A stretch of DNA of 64,000 nucleotides, taken from Dehalococcoidia bacterium. Its GTDB lineage: Bacteria > Chloroflexota > Dehalococcoidia > Bin125. The notes under the pieces were generated by a model that saw only the letters and a program-made list of their open reading frames with translations, searched no databases and had not been told where the DNA came from. The stretch's first letter is position 1. Each line of letters starts with the position of its first letter. The DNA is taken from assembly GCA_963663895.2 (NCBI GenBank), contig CAXXRD010000002.1, positions 416,001 to 480,000 of the forward strand, in the 5' to 3' direction. Of this stretch, positions 49,156-59,035 are shown in pieces. The translations under genes were made by a program, and so were the position numbers.

Positions 49156-50016
49156 ATGCCTGAGCAGCAGGAGAGTACGGGCAAGCGCTGGACCGACAGG
49201 CTGGGACGGACGATCGCGCCACCCGTCGAGGAGCGGGAGTGGCGCGAGGTGAGCTGGGAAGTGTCGGAGCTCGGGGTCCTGGCGATCACAATGCGACGGC
49301 CCGCGCGGCTGAACGCGATCACGTTCACGATGCTGCGGGAGATCGAGGAGCTGGTCTGGGACGCGGCGCGCAAGCCGGCGATCCGGGTGATCACGATCCG
49401 GGGAGAAGGAACGCGAGCGTTTTCCAGCGGGGACGATCTGACGGATATGGAGCCCGCGGTGCGCTTCGATAGCCCGCACTCGACGCACCACAAGCTGATC
49501 CCGGCGCTGCGGGCGGCGCCTCAGCCGGTGGTAGCGCTGCTGTACGGCTACGCATTGGGGGCGGGATTCGAGCTGGCGCTGGCTTGCGACTTCCGGCTGG
49601 CGGCGGACAATCTGAAGATCGGCGATTACCGGGCGCGACGGGCGCTGGGCTCGATCGCGGGGGCGTCGTGGTTCTTGCCGCGGATCGTGGGGCAGGGGCG
49701 CGCCTTGGATCTGCTGCTCACGGGACGGCATCTCTCCGCGCAGGAAGCGCTGGAATGGGGACTCGTGACGCGAACCTGGCCGCTGGCGACGTTCGCACGG
49801 GAAGCAGCGAGCTTCGTGGAGACCTTGGCGCAGCTCCCGACGGGGGCACTAGGAGCGCACAAACAGGCCCTAGAGTATTCGATGGTGCATGGGCTGCGGG
49901 ATTCGCTCAGTAACGAGTTCGAAACGTTCGCGCAGTACTACAACGAGGCCGAAGACGTGTTGGAGGGGCGGGCATCGTTTCATGAGCGGCGGGACCCGGT
50001 GTACCGGGGCCGTTGA
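49156..50016 (+). CDS. Enoyl-CoA hydratase/isomerase family
   Basis: RPARLNAI, AFSSGDDL, GYALGAGFELALACDFR. Confidence 0.9.
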   Translation: MPEQQESTGKRWTDRLGRTIAPPVEEREWREVSWEVSELGVLAITMRRPARLNAITFTMLREIEELVWDAARKPAIRVITIRGEGTRAFSSGDDLTDMEPAVRFDSPHSTHHKLIPALRAAPQPVVALLYGYALGAGFELALACDFRLAADNLKIGDYRARRALGSIAGASWFLPRIVGQGRALDLLLTGRHLSAQEALEWGLVTRTWPLATFAREAASFVETLAQLPTGALGAHKQALEYSMVHGLRDSLSNEFETFAQYYNEAEDVLEGRASFHERRDPVYRGR

Positions 50017-50029
50017 GAGGAGCAGCGTA

Positions 50030-50530
50030 ATGACGGATCTCGAGGCACGGGTGCAGCGGCTCGAAGATATCGCAGCGATCCAGCAGTTGAAGCTCACCTA
50101 CGCGGACTGCATCAGCGCAGGCCTGTCGGGCGGGGCGGAGTTTCCGCGGGAGCGGTTCAAGAACCTGTTCCTGCCGGACGCGATCTGGGAGGCGAACCAC
50201 TACGGCCAGATCGAGGGGAACGACGCGATCGCGGACTTCTACGCGAAGGTGGGGCCCAAGGTGTCGTTCGTTCTGCAATACCAGATCGGGCACACGGTGG
50301 AGGTGGCGCCGTCCGGAACGGAGGCGACCGGGCAGTGCTACGTGTGGGAGCCGTCGTCGATGGCGGGACGGGCGATCTTCAGCGCGGGCACCTACGAGGA
50401 GCGCTACAGGAAGGTGAGCGGCCAGTGGCTGTTCGAGCGGGTGTCGGTCTACATCTATTTCATGACGCCGTATGAAGACGGCTGGGTGAAGAAGCCCTGG
50501 ATGACGCGGGCGGACTTCCAACAGCACTAG
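50030..50530 (+). CDS. SnoaL_4/NTF2-like protein
   Basis: LEARVQRLEDIAAIQQLK..Y, YEERYRKVSGQWLF, PYEDGW. Confidence 0.85.
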   Translation: MTDLEARVQRLEDIAAIQQLKLTYADCISAGLSGGAEFPRERFKNLFLPDAIWEANHYGQIEGNDAIADFYAKVGPKVSFVLQYQIGHTVEVAPSGTEATGQCYVWEPSSMAGRAIFSAGTYEERYRKVSGQWLFERVSVYIYFMTPYEDGWVKKPWMTRADFQQH

Positions 50531-50731
50531 GAGCGGGGAGCAGGCCGACGGCTGGCGTACCGCTGGCGGTACCGGTCGAGTGCTAGCCGTAAGCGCGCGA
50601 CGGACGGTCGCACTCGCTTCGGGTAGGACGCCGCATGCGCGCGTCTCGGCATGAAGCGCCTGCGCCCACAATTTCGAGAACCCGTGAGAGCGTCCGGCAT
50701 GCGATGGCTATTATTGAGGCCGGGAGGGCCG

Positions 50732-51340
50732 ATGACAAAGCAACTATGGACGCTGGATGAGTTCTGCTTGGATCTTCCCAATTGGTACGAGGTATCCAAC
50801 CACAACGAGTATTCGAAGGGGTGGAGGAAACTGCTCGCCTGCCTTCCCGCGAAGGCGGATGAGCTAGGCTACTTCGACATGCGGGACCTCTGCACCATTG
50901 CTGTCTGGGGCGGCAACCTGCACGGCGTCAAGCGGCGGATGCAGGCCAACAACACGCCGGAACAGGTGAAACGGGCTACAGCGCAGGCGTTCAGGCAACT
51001 CGATGAACCCTGCGGTGCGATGTGGGCAATCGCCGCCGTGAACCACTGGGGAGTCTCGTACGGGTCGAAGACGCTCACATTTATGCGCCCGTCGGACTAC
51101 GCCATCCTCGACAGTTGGATTCGGAGAGCACTGGTACACGTCATCCCGACGATCACCGACGGCAGCCCGAACTCGGTAGTGAAGGGCTATGTGAGCTATC
51201 TCGACTGCTGCCGGGTGCTGCAACGCAACGTCACGGCTCCGCCGCCGGTCGCCACGACGAACGGACGATGGCGCATCGCCGACATCGGGCAGGGCCTGTT
51301 TGAATTCGCCAGGAGTGGAGGAATCCTAACTCCACAGTAA
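50732..51340 (+). CDS. OGG/HhH-fold DNA glycosylase-like protein
   Basis: IAVWGG, WGVSYGSKTLTFMRP..YAILDSWIRRAL, Y..Y..C; lower GC than flanks. Confidence 0.6.
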   Translation: MTKQLWTLDEFCLDLPNWYEVSNHNEYSKGWRKLLACLPAKADELGYFDMRDLCTIAVWGGNLHGVKRRMQANNTPEQVKRATAQAFRQLDEPCGAMWAIAAVNHWGVSYGSKTLTFMRPSDYAILDSWIRRALVHVIPTITDGSPNSVVKGYVSYLDCCRVLQRNVTAPPPVATTNGRWRIADIGQGLFEFARSGGILTPQ

Positions 51341-51503
51341 CGCACTCAGGCGCTGGCGAGCGCCCAGCCCAAGGTACCAAGCGCCGCTCGGCCCTCCTCG
51401 ATACCGAACCCGCTTCGCGCATGGAGTCGATTTTCACGTAACCAGCGCGCTGGCTATAGGACGCTAGCTTAACAGCAAGCTAGGACGCGAGGAGCGCGCC
51501 TCT

Positions 51504-52689
51504 TCATCCGCCACGACCGCTGTCCTGCCAGTTCTCAATTCCGTGCTCGCATCCAGTGAGCACGCGCCCTACCGGCTGTTGGTGACTGCGGCGCGGAAGT
51601 CTCGCCGCAGTTTTCCCAATGCCAAGGTCACGACGGCCTGACAGAGCCTCTATCAAGCCAGACAAAGGCCACCGTAGAGACGTGTCCTGACGCGGGAGCA
51701 GCAGCCCGACGCTTTCGATCTTGAAGTCATCGTCGTAGTCCAAGAGGACGTAGCCAAGCAACTGATAGAGCCAGTTCGAATCGCCTCCGCTACGCTTCGT
51801 GGTCTTGATGTCCAACAGGCAGCCCTCAAGGATGAAGTCTGCATCCGCACCTCCCACGTCCCTGCTGCCAGCAAAAGTGGGGTTCAGAGTGGCTGTGGCT
51901 CCCAACCACAGGGAATGCCGCTTGGAGAACGCGCGCGCCAGCGCTGCTACGTCCTCAATCCAGGAGTCCGGTACCGAGGCCAGCAACTCGCTGGCGCTTT
52001 GTGGGAGTTCGCGGCCTAGGAAAGACGGAGGCCAGGCTCGCGACCCTGCTCGAGAAACCGACTCGAAAGTTGCCAGCAGGAGGCAGAGGCGAGCCAACTC
52101 TCGTTCGTCGTTAGATGAGGGCCACTGGCAATGAGGAGCGAGCCTCTCGATGGTTTGACCGAGAAGGTCGAAGAATCCGGAGAGCGCCGCTTCCGGAAGC
52201 CGAGGCGCATCTTCGAGCGCGTGCGCCAAGCGCCCTCGCCACTCGCGCCTTTGGACGCTCCCCGAGCGCACCCGGTACTCGTAGGCCACGATCTCGGATT
52301 CATCCGATTCTGTCCACGCCTCGATATAGAATTCCGCTGGTGGTGTTTCACCGTGCTCGACCGACATCGCCGCCAAGTAGTCGATCCGGTCTGCGACATC
52401 TTGCCATTCCGCCCGCAGCCTGTCTGAGACCGCCCAGGCCCCCCGCCAAGCAACGAGATCTGCAGCAGGGGTCGGTGCGAACGAATAGCGGATGCGGTAG
52501 TCGGCCGCCATTCCGACGACGCTGTGGGCGAACGCCGGTTCTTCCTCTCGCAGCTCGTAAATGGGTTCGCGACTGCGTAGCGCCCCCCCCCCTGATCTCA
52601 GCCAAGGGGCCTCGCGTGTTCGGAAACGTCTGGCGGAAGAACTGTGCGAGGGGAGAGTCTTTACGCTTCAGTTTAGATGTAAGCGACAC
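51504..52689 (-). CDS. PD-(D/E)XK-like nuclease, frameshifted at a G10 tract (52583-92)
   Basis: AGAGGAGG RBS + GTG, SLTSKLK..SPLAQFF..FP; after the tract GMAADYRIRY, NPTF..VGGADADFI..LLDIKTT..YQLLGY. Confidence 0.7.
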
Positions 52690-52724
52690 TGGACTGCCTC
52701 CTCTCTGATGGGAGTGCGCTAACG

Positions 52725-54053
52725 TCAGCCAACCTGAGGACGGCGCTCCGCAATGGCGGGGCGCATCCAAGCGACGGCGTCGTCGATCTTGGCGGCGAGA
52801 TCGTCGACATCGGCCTCGGTGGTGGTCGTGGCGAAGGCGAACATCCCCCGCTCGACGGCGAGGACGCCGAGCATGAGGAGCTTGCGATGGAGGAGGCGGC
52901 GGAGACCGGTATCGCCGGCGGCGGCCTGGGCGGCGTGCAGGGGAGGCGTGGGGGCGAAATGCAGGTTGCGGATCGAGCCCAGGCCGGTGGTGTGCAGGGG
53001 GACGCCGCGCGCTTGGGCGATAGCGGCGACCGCGGCAGCGAAGCGGTCACCGAGGCGGTTGATGTAGGAGATGGTGTCGGCGTCGAGCTGGCGCAGGGTG
53101 GCGAGGCCGGCGACGGCGGAAACGGGGTTGGCGTTGAAGGTACCGCTGTGACTGAGGTGGCCGTCGCGTAAGGGCGAAAACTGCTCCATGAGCCGCGCGT
53201 CGCCGCCGAAGGCGCCGATGGGATGGCCGCCGCCGATGATCTTGCCCAGGGTGGTGAGATCGGGACGAAGATCGTAGAGCGCCTGGGCGCCGCCGAGGGC
53301 AAGGCGCAGGGTGATCACCTCGTCGAAAATGAGGACGACGCCGTGGCGCTCGGTTTCGGCGCGCAGGTGTTGGAGGTAGCCGTCCAGCGGGGGAAGCGAA
53401 CCGGCGACGCCCATGACGGGCTCGACGATGAGGGCGGCGATGTCGTTCGCCTCGGCGTTGAGGAGATCGGTGACGGCGGCTTTATCGTTGAAGGGCACCT
53501 CCCGGACGAAGGCGTCGTTTCCCGGGATAAGGCCGGGTTGCGGCTCGCCCTCGTGGACGTGCCAGTCGTCGTGGGCGCCGTGGTAGGCGCCGACCATCTT
53601 GACGATCTTGCGCCGGCCGGTAGCGGCCCGCGCCGCGCGCACGGCCAGCATCGTCGCTTCACTGCCGGTATTGGCCAGGCGGACTCTTTGCAGCGAGGGA
53701 ATACGGTCGCGCAGGAGCTCGATCAATTCGAGCGCGTGCGGGCTGGCGGCGTTGTACGCGGTACCGCGGGCGAGCTGCTCGCCGACGGCCTCCGTAACGG
53801 CGGGATGAGCGTGTCCAAGAACGAGAGCGCTCCAGCAGCTTGAGCAGTCAAAGTAGCGGTGGCCGTCGACATCCGTGGCGTAGGAACCTTCGCCACGCGC
53901 CAAGAAAAGCGGGTAGGGGGTGAAGAAGACCGTCTGTCTGGTATCACCGCCGGGCATGGAAGCGCGAGCGCGATCGTAGAGGGCGGCGGAGGTGGGAGTA
54001 CGGCGCCGGTAGTCGGCTTCGACTTCGGCGAGGAGGGTGTCGAAAGCGGGCAT
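52725..54053 (-). CDS. Class III aminotransferase (glutamate-1-semialdehyde aminomutase-like)
   Basis: MPGG, LGHAHP, NTGSEAT, YHG, FDEVIT, TTLGKIIGGG, HSGTFNANP. Confidence 0.9.
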   Translation of the reverse strand: MPAFDTLLAEVEADYRRRTPTSAALYDRARASMPGGDTRQTVFFTPYPLFLARGEGSYATDVDGHRYFDCSSCWSALVLGHAHPAVTEAVGEQLARGTAYNAASPHALELIELLRDRIPSLQRVRLANTGSEATMLAVRAARAATGRRKIVKMVGAYHGAHDDWHVHEGEPQPGLIPGNDAFVREVPFNDKAAVTDLLNAEANDIAALIVEPVMGVAGSLPPLDGYLQHLRAETERHGVVLIFDEVITLRLALGGAQALYDLRPDLTTLGKIIGGGHPIGAFGGDARLMEQFSPLRDGHLSHSGTFNANPVSAVAGLATLRQLDADTISYINRLGDRFAAAVAAIAQARGVPLHTTGLGSIRNLHFAPTPPLHAAQAAAGDTGLRRLLHRKLLMLGVLAVERGMFAFATTTTEADVDDLAAKIDDAVAWMRPAIAERRPQVG

Positions 54054-54139
54054 GGGGTCGTCTCCTGCGAGCAGGCTATCTCAGCGGAGCGGGTTTCTGG
54101 GGCGGGATCGTCCGTCGCATCTGCGGGCGGGGAGCCGCC

Positions 54140-54154
54140 GGGGGGGGGGGGGGG
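54140..54154. repeat. G15 homopolymer in a divergent intergenic region
   Basis: Read directly from the sequence. Confidence 0.9.
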
Positions 54155-54256
54155 ATCTATGCAGCGCAAGGCGCGCGGTACGGATGCGCGGCGCCAGCGG
54201 AGAACGAGCACGTTGGTGATCGAACGCGGGGCTCATCGCGGATAGAATCGCGGGCG

Positions 54257-54937
54257 ATGTCCGCGAGCCGTGCATCCAGAGATCGTCCAAGAAAGCGCGC
54301 ATCCGCGCGCCGGCTGCGGTTTTCATCGTCGGCGGCCTACCGGCACTTGCGCGAGGCCGACCCGGTCGTGGGCGCGTTGATCAAGCAGCACGGGCCCTAC
54401 CGCCCGCGGCCGAGCGGGGAGCCTTATGCGGCGCTGGTGCGCTCGATCATGTATCAGCAGCTGGCCGGGCCGGCGGCCGCCGCGATCCTGGGCCGCTTGA
54501 ACGCCCTGCACGGGGACGCGGATCGGATCCCCACGGCGGAAGAGCTGCTGTCGACGAGCGAGGCGCAGTTCCGAGAAGCGGGCGTGTCCCGGCAGAAGAC
54601 GCGCTACCTGCGAGACCTGGCGGAGCAGGTGACGGCCGGCCGGCTGCGCTTCCGGGGACTCGAGCGGCTGGACGACGCGACCGTGATCGAGCGGCTGACG
54701 GGGGTGAAGGGGGTGGGGGAATGGACGGCGCAGATGTTCTTGATGTTCCAGCTGGGACGGCCGGACGTGCTGCCGGCAGGAGACTTGGGAGTGCGGCGGG
54801 GGATGCAGCTGGCGTACGGACTCCGCGAGCCGGTCACCCCCGCGCAGGCGCAACGGATCGGAGAGCCCTGGGCGCCTTACCGGTCGGTGGGCTCGTGGTA
54901 CATGTGGCGGGTAGCGGAGACGCAGACGCCCGCCTAG
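54257..54937 (+). CDS. alkA: DNA-3-methyladenine glycosylase II family
   Basis: SIMYQQL, LTGVKGVGEWTAQMFLMF, DVLPAGDLG, WAPYRS. Confidence 0.9.
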   Translation: MSASRASRDRPRKRASARRLRFSSSAAYRHLREADPVVGALIKQHGPYRPRPSGEPYAALVRSIMYQQLAGPAAAAILGRLNALHGDADRIPTAEELLSTSEAQFREAGVSRQKTRYLRDLAEQVTAGRLRFRGLERLDDATVIERLTGVKGVGEWTAQMFLMFQLGRPDVLPAGDLGVRRGMQLAYGLREPVTPAQAQRIGEPWAPYRSVGSWYMWRVAETQTPA

Positions 54938-54949
54938 CGGGGTGTGGGA

Positions 54950-56131
54950 TCAGACGCGCTCCGTTGCCAGACGCTGGTCGAGGCGGCGGCCCAATATCTT
55001 CGAGGCGATGAGGTTGCGCTGGAGCTGGGCGGTGCCGCCGCCGATCGTGAACATGCGGGCATCGCGGACCATGCGTTCGAGCGGGAACTCCCGGGAGTAG
55101 CCGTAGGCGCCGAAGAGCTGCAGGGCGGCGTTGGTGACCTGGATCGCCATCTCGGAGGCGTAGACCTTCGCGACGGCGGCCTCGGTGGAATCGGGGAAGC
55201 CGTGGCCGGCGTTCTTAGCGGCCTGGTAGATCAGGGCGCGGCAGGTGGTGGTGCTGACGGTCATATCAGCCAGCATCCACTGGAGACCTTGGAAGTCGGA
55301 GAGCGGGCGGCCGAACTGCTGGCGATCCTGGGAGTAGGCGAGCGCTTGGTCGAAGGCGCCCGCCGCGATGCCGAGCGCGACGGTGGCGGCGCCGAGCCGC
55401 TGGCCGTTGTAGGCGGTCATGAGCCGGCGGAAGCCGTGCTCGCGGACGAGCAGATCGCCGGCAGCGGCGCGGCAGGCGCGGAAATGGACGTCGCATTCGG
55501 GGAGACCGCGCAGGCCCATCATGGGCCACCGCTTGCCAACCTCCAGGCCCGGCGTGTCCGCCTCGGCGAGGATGCCGCCGATGCCGAAGTCGTGGCCGTT
55601 TTCCTGGATACGGGCGAAGATGAGGTAGGTCTTGGAGACGCCGGCGCCAGTGATCCAGCGCTTCTGGCCATCGACGATGTAAGAGTCACCGTCGCGGACC
55701 GCAGTGGTCGTCAGGTCGGTGGCAGCGGAGCCTGCTTGCGGCTCGGTGATGCAGATGGCGGGTTTGTCGCCGGCGACGACCAGGGGAAGGTAACGCGCCT
55801 TCTGATCGTCGGTGCCGTAGGCGCCGATCGCACCGACGGCGCCGACGTTGCCCTCGACAACGATGCGAGCCGTGGTACCGCAGGCCTTCGCAACCTCTTC
55901 GATCGCGACGATCGCGTCGATCAGCGCGCCGCCGCCGCCGCCGTAGTCGGCGCTGACCGTGTGACCCATCAGACCCCGGGAAACGAGCGCTCGGACATTG
56001 TCCCAGGGGTATTGCTCGGTTTGGTCGACCGCGGCGGCGCGATCGCAGAACTGGGTCTGGGCCAGCTCGCGGGCGGCGCTCTGGATCCGCTGTGCGGTCT
56101 TCGGCAGATCGAATTCCATCTCGAAAGACAT
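54950..56131 (-). CDS. Acyl-CoA dehydrogenase
   Basis: ITEPQAGS, GQKRWITG, RQQFGRPL, LFGAYGYS, IGGGTAQLQR. Confidence 0.92.
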   Translation of the reverse strand: MSFEMEFDLPKTAQRIQSAARELAQTQFCDRAAAVDQTEQYPWDNVRALVSRGLMGHTVSADYGGGGGALIDAIVAIEEVAKACGTTARIVVEGNVGAVGAIGAYGTDDQKARYLPLVVAGDKPAICITEPQAGSAATDLTTTAVRDGDSYIVDGQKRWITGAGVSKTYLIFARIQENGHDFGIGGILAEADTPGLEVGKRWPMMGLRGLPECDVHFRACRAAAGDLLVREHGFRRLMTAYNGQRLGAATVALGIAAGAFDQALAYSQDRQQFGRPLSDFQGLQWMLADMTVSTTTCRALIYQAAKNAGHGFPDSTEAAVAKVYASEMAIQVTNAALQLFGAYGYSREFPLERMVRDARMFTIGGGTAQLQRNLIASKILGRRLDQRLATERV

Positions 56132-56142
56132 GCCGGCTCCGA

Positions 56143-57057
56143 TTAGGCAGCGCCGCGGAAGAGGGAGTCGCCGGCCTGCTTGACGCGGCCGGGAAGCGGA
56201 CGGCCGACGAGCTGCTCGGCCCAACGGGCGACATCGACAAGGCCCTGGAGGTCGACGCCGGTTTCGACGCCCATCTCATGGAGCATGTAGACGAGGTCCT
56301 CCGTGGCGACGTTTCCGGCAGCGCCGGGAGCGTAGGGACAGCCGCCCAGGCCACCGACCGATCCGTCGAAGTTGTCGATGCCCTCTTCGAGCGCGGCGAG
56401 GACGTTGGCAAGGGCGGTGCCCCGGGTGTCGTGGAAGTGCAGACGGAGGGGCGTGTCGGGGATAGCAGCGCGGAGGATGCGGATGAGCGTGGAGACTTGG
56501 CGGGGGTTGGCGGCGCCGATGGTGTCACCGAGAGAGATGGCAGTGGCGCCGAGGGCGACGAGGGAGCGCGCGATCTCAACGACCTTGGCGGCGGGAACAT
56601 CGCCCTCATAGGGGCAGCCGAAAGCAGTCGAGATGTAGCCCTGCCAGGGCGTGCCGGCGGCCGTCGTGAGCTGGGCGACGCCCGCGATGCCGCTGAGCGA
56701 CTCGGCGATGGAGCGCTGCACGTTGCTCCCGTTATGGGACTCGCTGGCGGAGACGACCGTGCCGATCTCATGCGTGTTCGCGGCAATGGCGTTGCGAGCG
56801 CCGACTTCGTTGGGAACGAGGGCCAGATAGGTCACACCCTCGGGGCGAGGAAGAGCCGCCATGACAGCGGAAGCGTCCCGCATCTGGGGGATCGCTTTGG
56901 GGTGGACGAAGGAGACGGCCTCGATCCGCCGGAGTCCCGTGGCGGCGAGGCGCTCGATGAACTCGACCTTCTTGCCGGTTTCGACGAAGCCGTCTTCGTT
57001 CTGAAGACCGTCGCGGGGGCCGACTTCGTTGATGGTCACGCGAGCGGGGATGCTCAT
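56143..57057 (-). CDS. liuE: Hydroxymethylglutaryl-CoA lyase
   Basis: EVGPRDGLQNE, LHFHDTRG, GGLGGCPYAPGAAGNVATED. Confidence 0.93.
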   Translation of the reverse strand: MSIPARVTINEVGPRDGLQNEDGFVETGKKVEFIERLAATGLRRIEAVSFVHPKAIPQMRDASAVMAALPRPEGVTYLALVPNEVGARNAIAANTHEIGTVVSASESHNGSNVQRSIAESLSGIAGVAQLTTAAGTPWQGYISTAFGCPYEGDVPAAKVVEIARSLVALGATAISLGDTIGAANPRQVSTLIRILRAAIPDTPLRLHFHDTRGTALANVLAALEEGIDNFDGSVGGLGGCPYAPGAAGNVATEDLVYMLHEMGVETGVDLQGLVDVARWAEQLVGRPLPGRVKQAGDSLFRGAA

Positions 57058-59033
57058 GGTTCCTCCCCTCCTAGATCGAGCTCGATCAGAAGCTCGTCCG
57101 CGGCGACGTTCGCGCCGGGAGCACAGGCTACCGTCTCCACGACCCCGTGGGCGGCGGCGGTGATGGTGTGCTCCATCTTCATGGCCTCCATGACGAGGAG
57201 AGGCTGGCCGGCGTGGACACGGTCGCCTTGCTGGACGAGCACGGAGACGATCTCGCCGTTCATGGGAGCGCGGATCTCGCCGGGCACCGCCGCGGTCGTG
57301 GCGGCGGCGGCCGAGGGGCGGGGCGGGGCAAGAGCGTAGCGGTGCCCGTCCGGGCTTTCGAGAGAGAGCAGGCAGCCGCTGCGCCGCGCGCTCCACCGCT
57401 GCTGGGTATCGCCGATGTCGAGCAGCAGCGTTCCTCCCGCGGTTCGGGTTGCTCCGAACTGGAGGGGCGGGCTCGACCCGTCAGAGCGAATGAGGCGCCA
57501 GGTGTGGGCATGGCCGGGGAGGCGCTCGACGGTCGCCTCGGTTGCGACGCCGCGGTGGGCGTAGCGAAGAGTCTGGCAGCCGGTGGAACGCCAAGCACCG
57601 ACGGCGCGCCAGGGATCGGCGGCGGCGTTCGGGGGCCGCAGATCGGCGGCGGCGGCGGCGATGAGAGCATCGTCCGGGAGGCGGGGGAGGAGATCATCGG
57701 GCGGGAGCGCTTCAAGGGTTTGTAGCGTGGCGGCGCCCGTACGGAAGTCGCGATGGCCGAGGACGGCGGTGAGCTGTTGGAGGTTGGTGGTGACGCCTTC
57801 GATGACGTAGGCATCCAGGGCGCGCCGGCAGCGATCGAGGGCGGCGTCGCGGGCAGGAGCGTGGACCAGCAGCTTGGCGAGGAGAGGATCGTAGGCCGCG
57901 GGCACGTTGGAGCCGGCCTGAAAGCCGACATCGTTGCGGATGCCGTCGCCCATGGGGGGCTCGAAGGCAGAGAGGTAGCCGGGAGAAGGCAGATAGCCGC
58001 GCGCGGGGTCCTCAGCGTAGAGACGACACTCAATGGCGTGACCGGCGAAGGCGATCTCGTCCTGGACGAGACCGAGCGGTCGACCGGCGGCGACGCGCAG
58101 CTGCAGCTCGACCAAGTCGAGGCCGGTGACCAGCTCGGTGACGCCGTGCTCGACTTGCAGGCGGGCGTTGACCTCCAAGAAGTAGAAGTGCCCGGCTGCG
58201 TCGAGAAGGAACTCGGCCGTGCCGGCGTTGGTATAGCCGGCAGCGCGGGCGAGACGGAGGGCAGCGGCCGTCATGCTGCTGCGCAGTTCGGGGGGCAGAC
58301 CGGGGGCGGGGCTCTCCTCAATGACCTTCTGATGACGGCGCTGGATGGAGCAGTCACGCTCGCCGAGGTGCAGCGCGGAGCCGTGGGTGTCAGCGATGAA
58401 CTGCACTTCGACGTGGCGCCCGCCGACGACCGCACGTTCCAAGAAGAGAGCGCCGTCACCGAAGGCGGTCTGGGCTTCCCGGCGCGCGGTGGCGAGAGCG
58501 TCCGGCAGTGCGTCGGGGTGATCGACGACGCGCATGCCCCGGCCGCCCCCACCAGCGGCGGCTTTAATCATGACGGGAAATCCGAGGGAGGAGACGCCCG
58601 CAAGAAGGGTGGCGTCGTCGTCCGCAGCGGGAAGACCGGGGAGGATGGACAGATCGTTATCGTGAGCGAGGCGGCGAGCGGCGGTCTTGTCGCCGACGAG
58701 GCGCAGAGCGGCGGGAGAGGGCCCGATGAAGACGATGCCGGCCTGGGCGCAGGCCGCGGCGAAGGCCGGGTCTTCCGAGAGGAATCCATAGCCGGGATGG
58801 ATGGCGGCCGCGCCGCTGTCGCGGGCGGCTTGGATGATGGCCGGGATGGAGAGATAGCTCTGTGCGGGCGCGGCGGAACCGATGCGCACTGCTTCATCGG
58901 CGGCGCGCACGTGGAGGGCAGCGCGGTCGGCATCGGAGTAGACGGCGACCGTCGCGATGCCGAGCCGTTGGCAGGTACGGATGATGCGGAGGGCGATCTC
59001 GCCGCGGTTGGCGATGAGGAGCTTCGGGAACAT
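57054..59033 (-). CDS. liuD: Methylcrotonyl-CoA carboxylase alpha-like (biotin carboxylase + carrier)
   Basis: IANRGEIA, HPGYGFLSE, GGGGRGMR, ERDCSIQRRHQK, EAMKM. Confidence 0.88.
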   Translation of the reverse strand: MFPKLLIANRGEIALRIIRTCQRLGIATVAVYSDADRAALHVRAADEAVRIGSAAPAQSYLSIPAIIQAARDSGAAAIHPGYGFLSEDPAFAAACAQAGIVFIGPSPAALRLVGDKTAARRLAHDNDLSILPGLPAADDDATLLAGVSSLGFPVMIKAAAGGGGRGMRVVDHPDALPDALATARREAQTAFGDGALFLERAVVGGRHVEVQFIADTHGSALHLGERDCSIQRRHQKVIEESPAPGLPPELRSSMTAAALRLARAAGYTNAGTAEFLLDAAGHFYFLEVNARLQVEHGVTELVTGLDLVELQLRVAAGRPLGLVQDEIAFAGHAIECRLYAEDPARGYLPSPGYLSAFEPPMGDGIRNDVGFQAGSNVPAAYDPLLAKLLVHAPARDAALDRCRRALDAYVIEGVTTNLQQLTAVLGHRDFRTGAATLQTLEALPPDDLLPRLPDDALIAAAAADLRPPNAAADPWRAVGAWRSTGCQTLRYAHRGVATEATVERLPGHAHTWRLIRSDGSSPPLQFGATRTAGGTLLLDIGDTQQRWSARRSGCLLSLESPDGHRYALAPPRPSAAAATTAAVPGEIRAPMNGEIVSVLVQQGDRVHAGQPLLVMEAMKMEHTITAAAHGVVETVACAPGANVAADELLIELDLGGEEP

Positions 59034-59035
59034 GG

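Noticed and set aside
51337-51500. Integron attC site between the two defence-like genes
   Set aside because: GCTTAAC and a small hairpin are present, but there is no matching GTTRRRY end, the genes are convergent and no integrase is seen.
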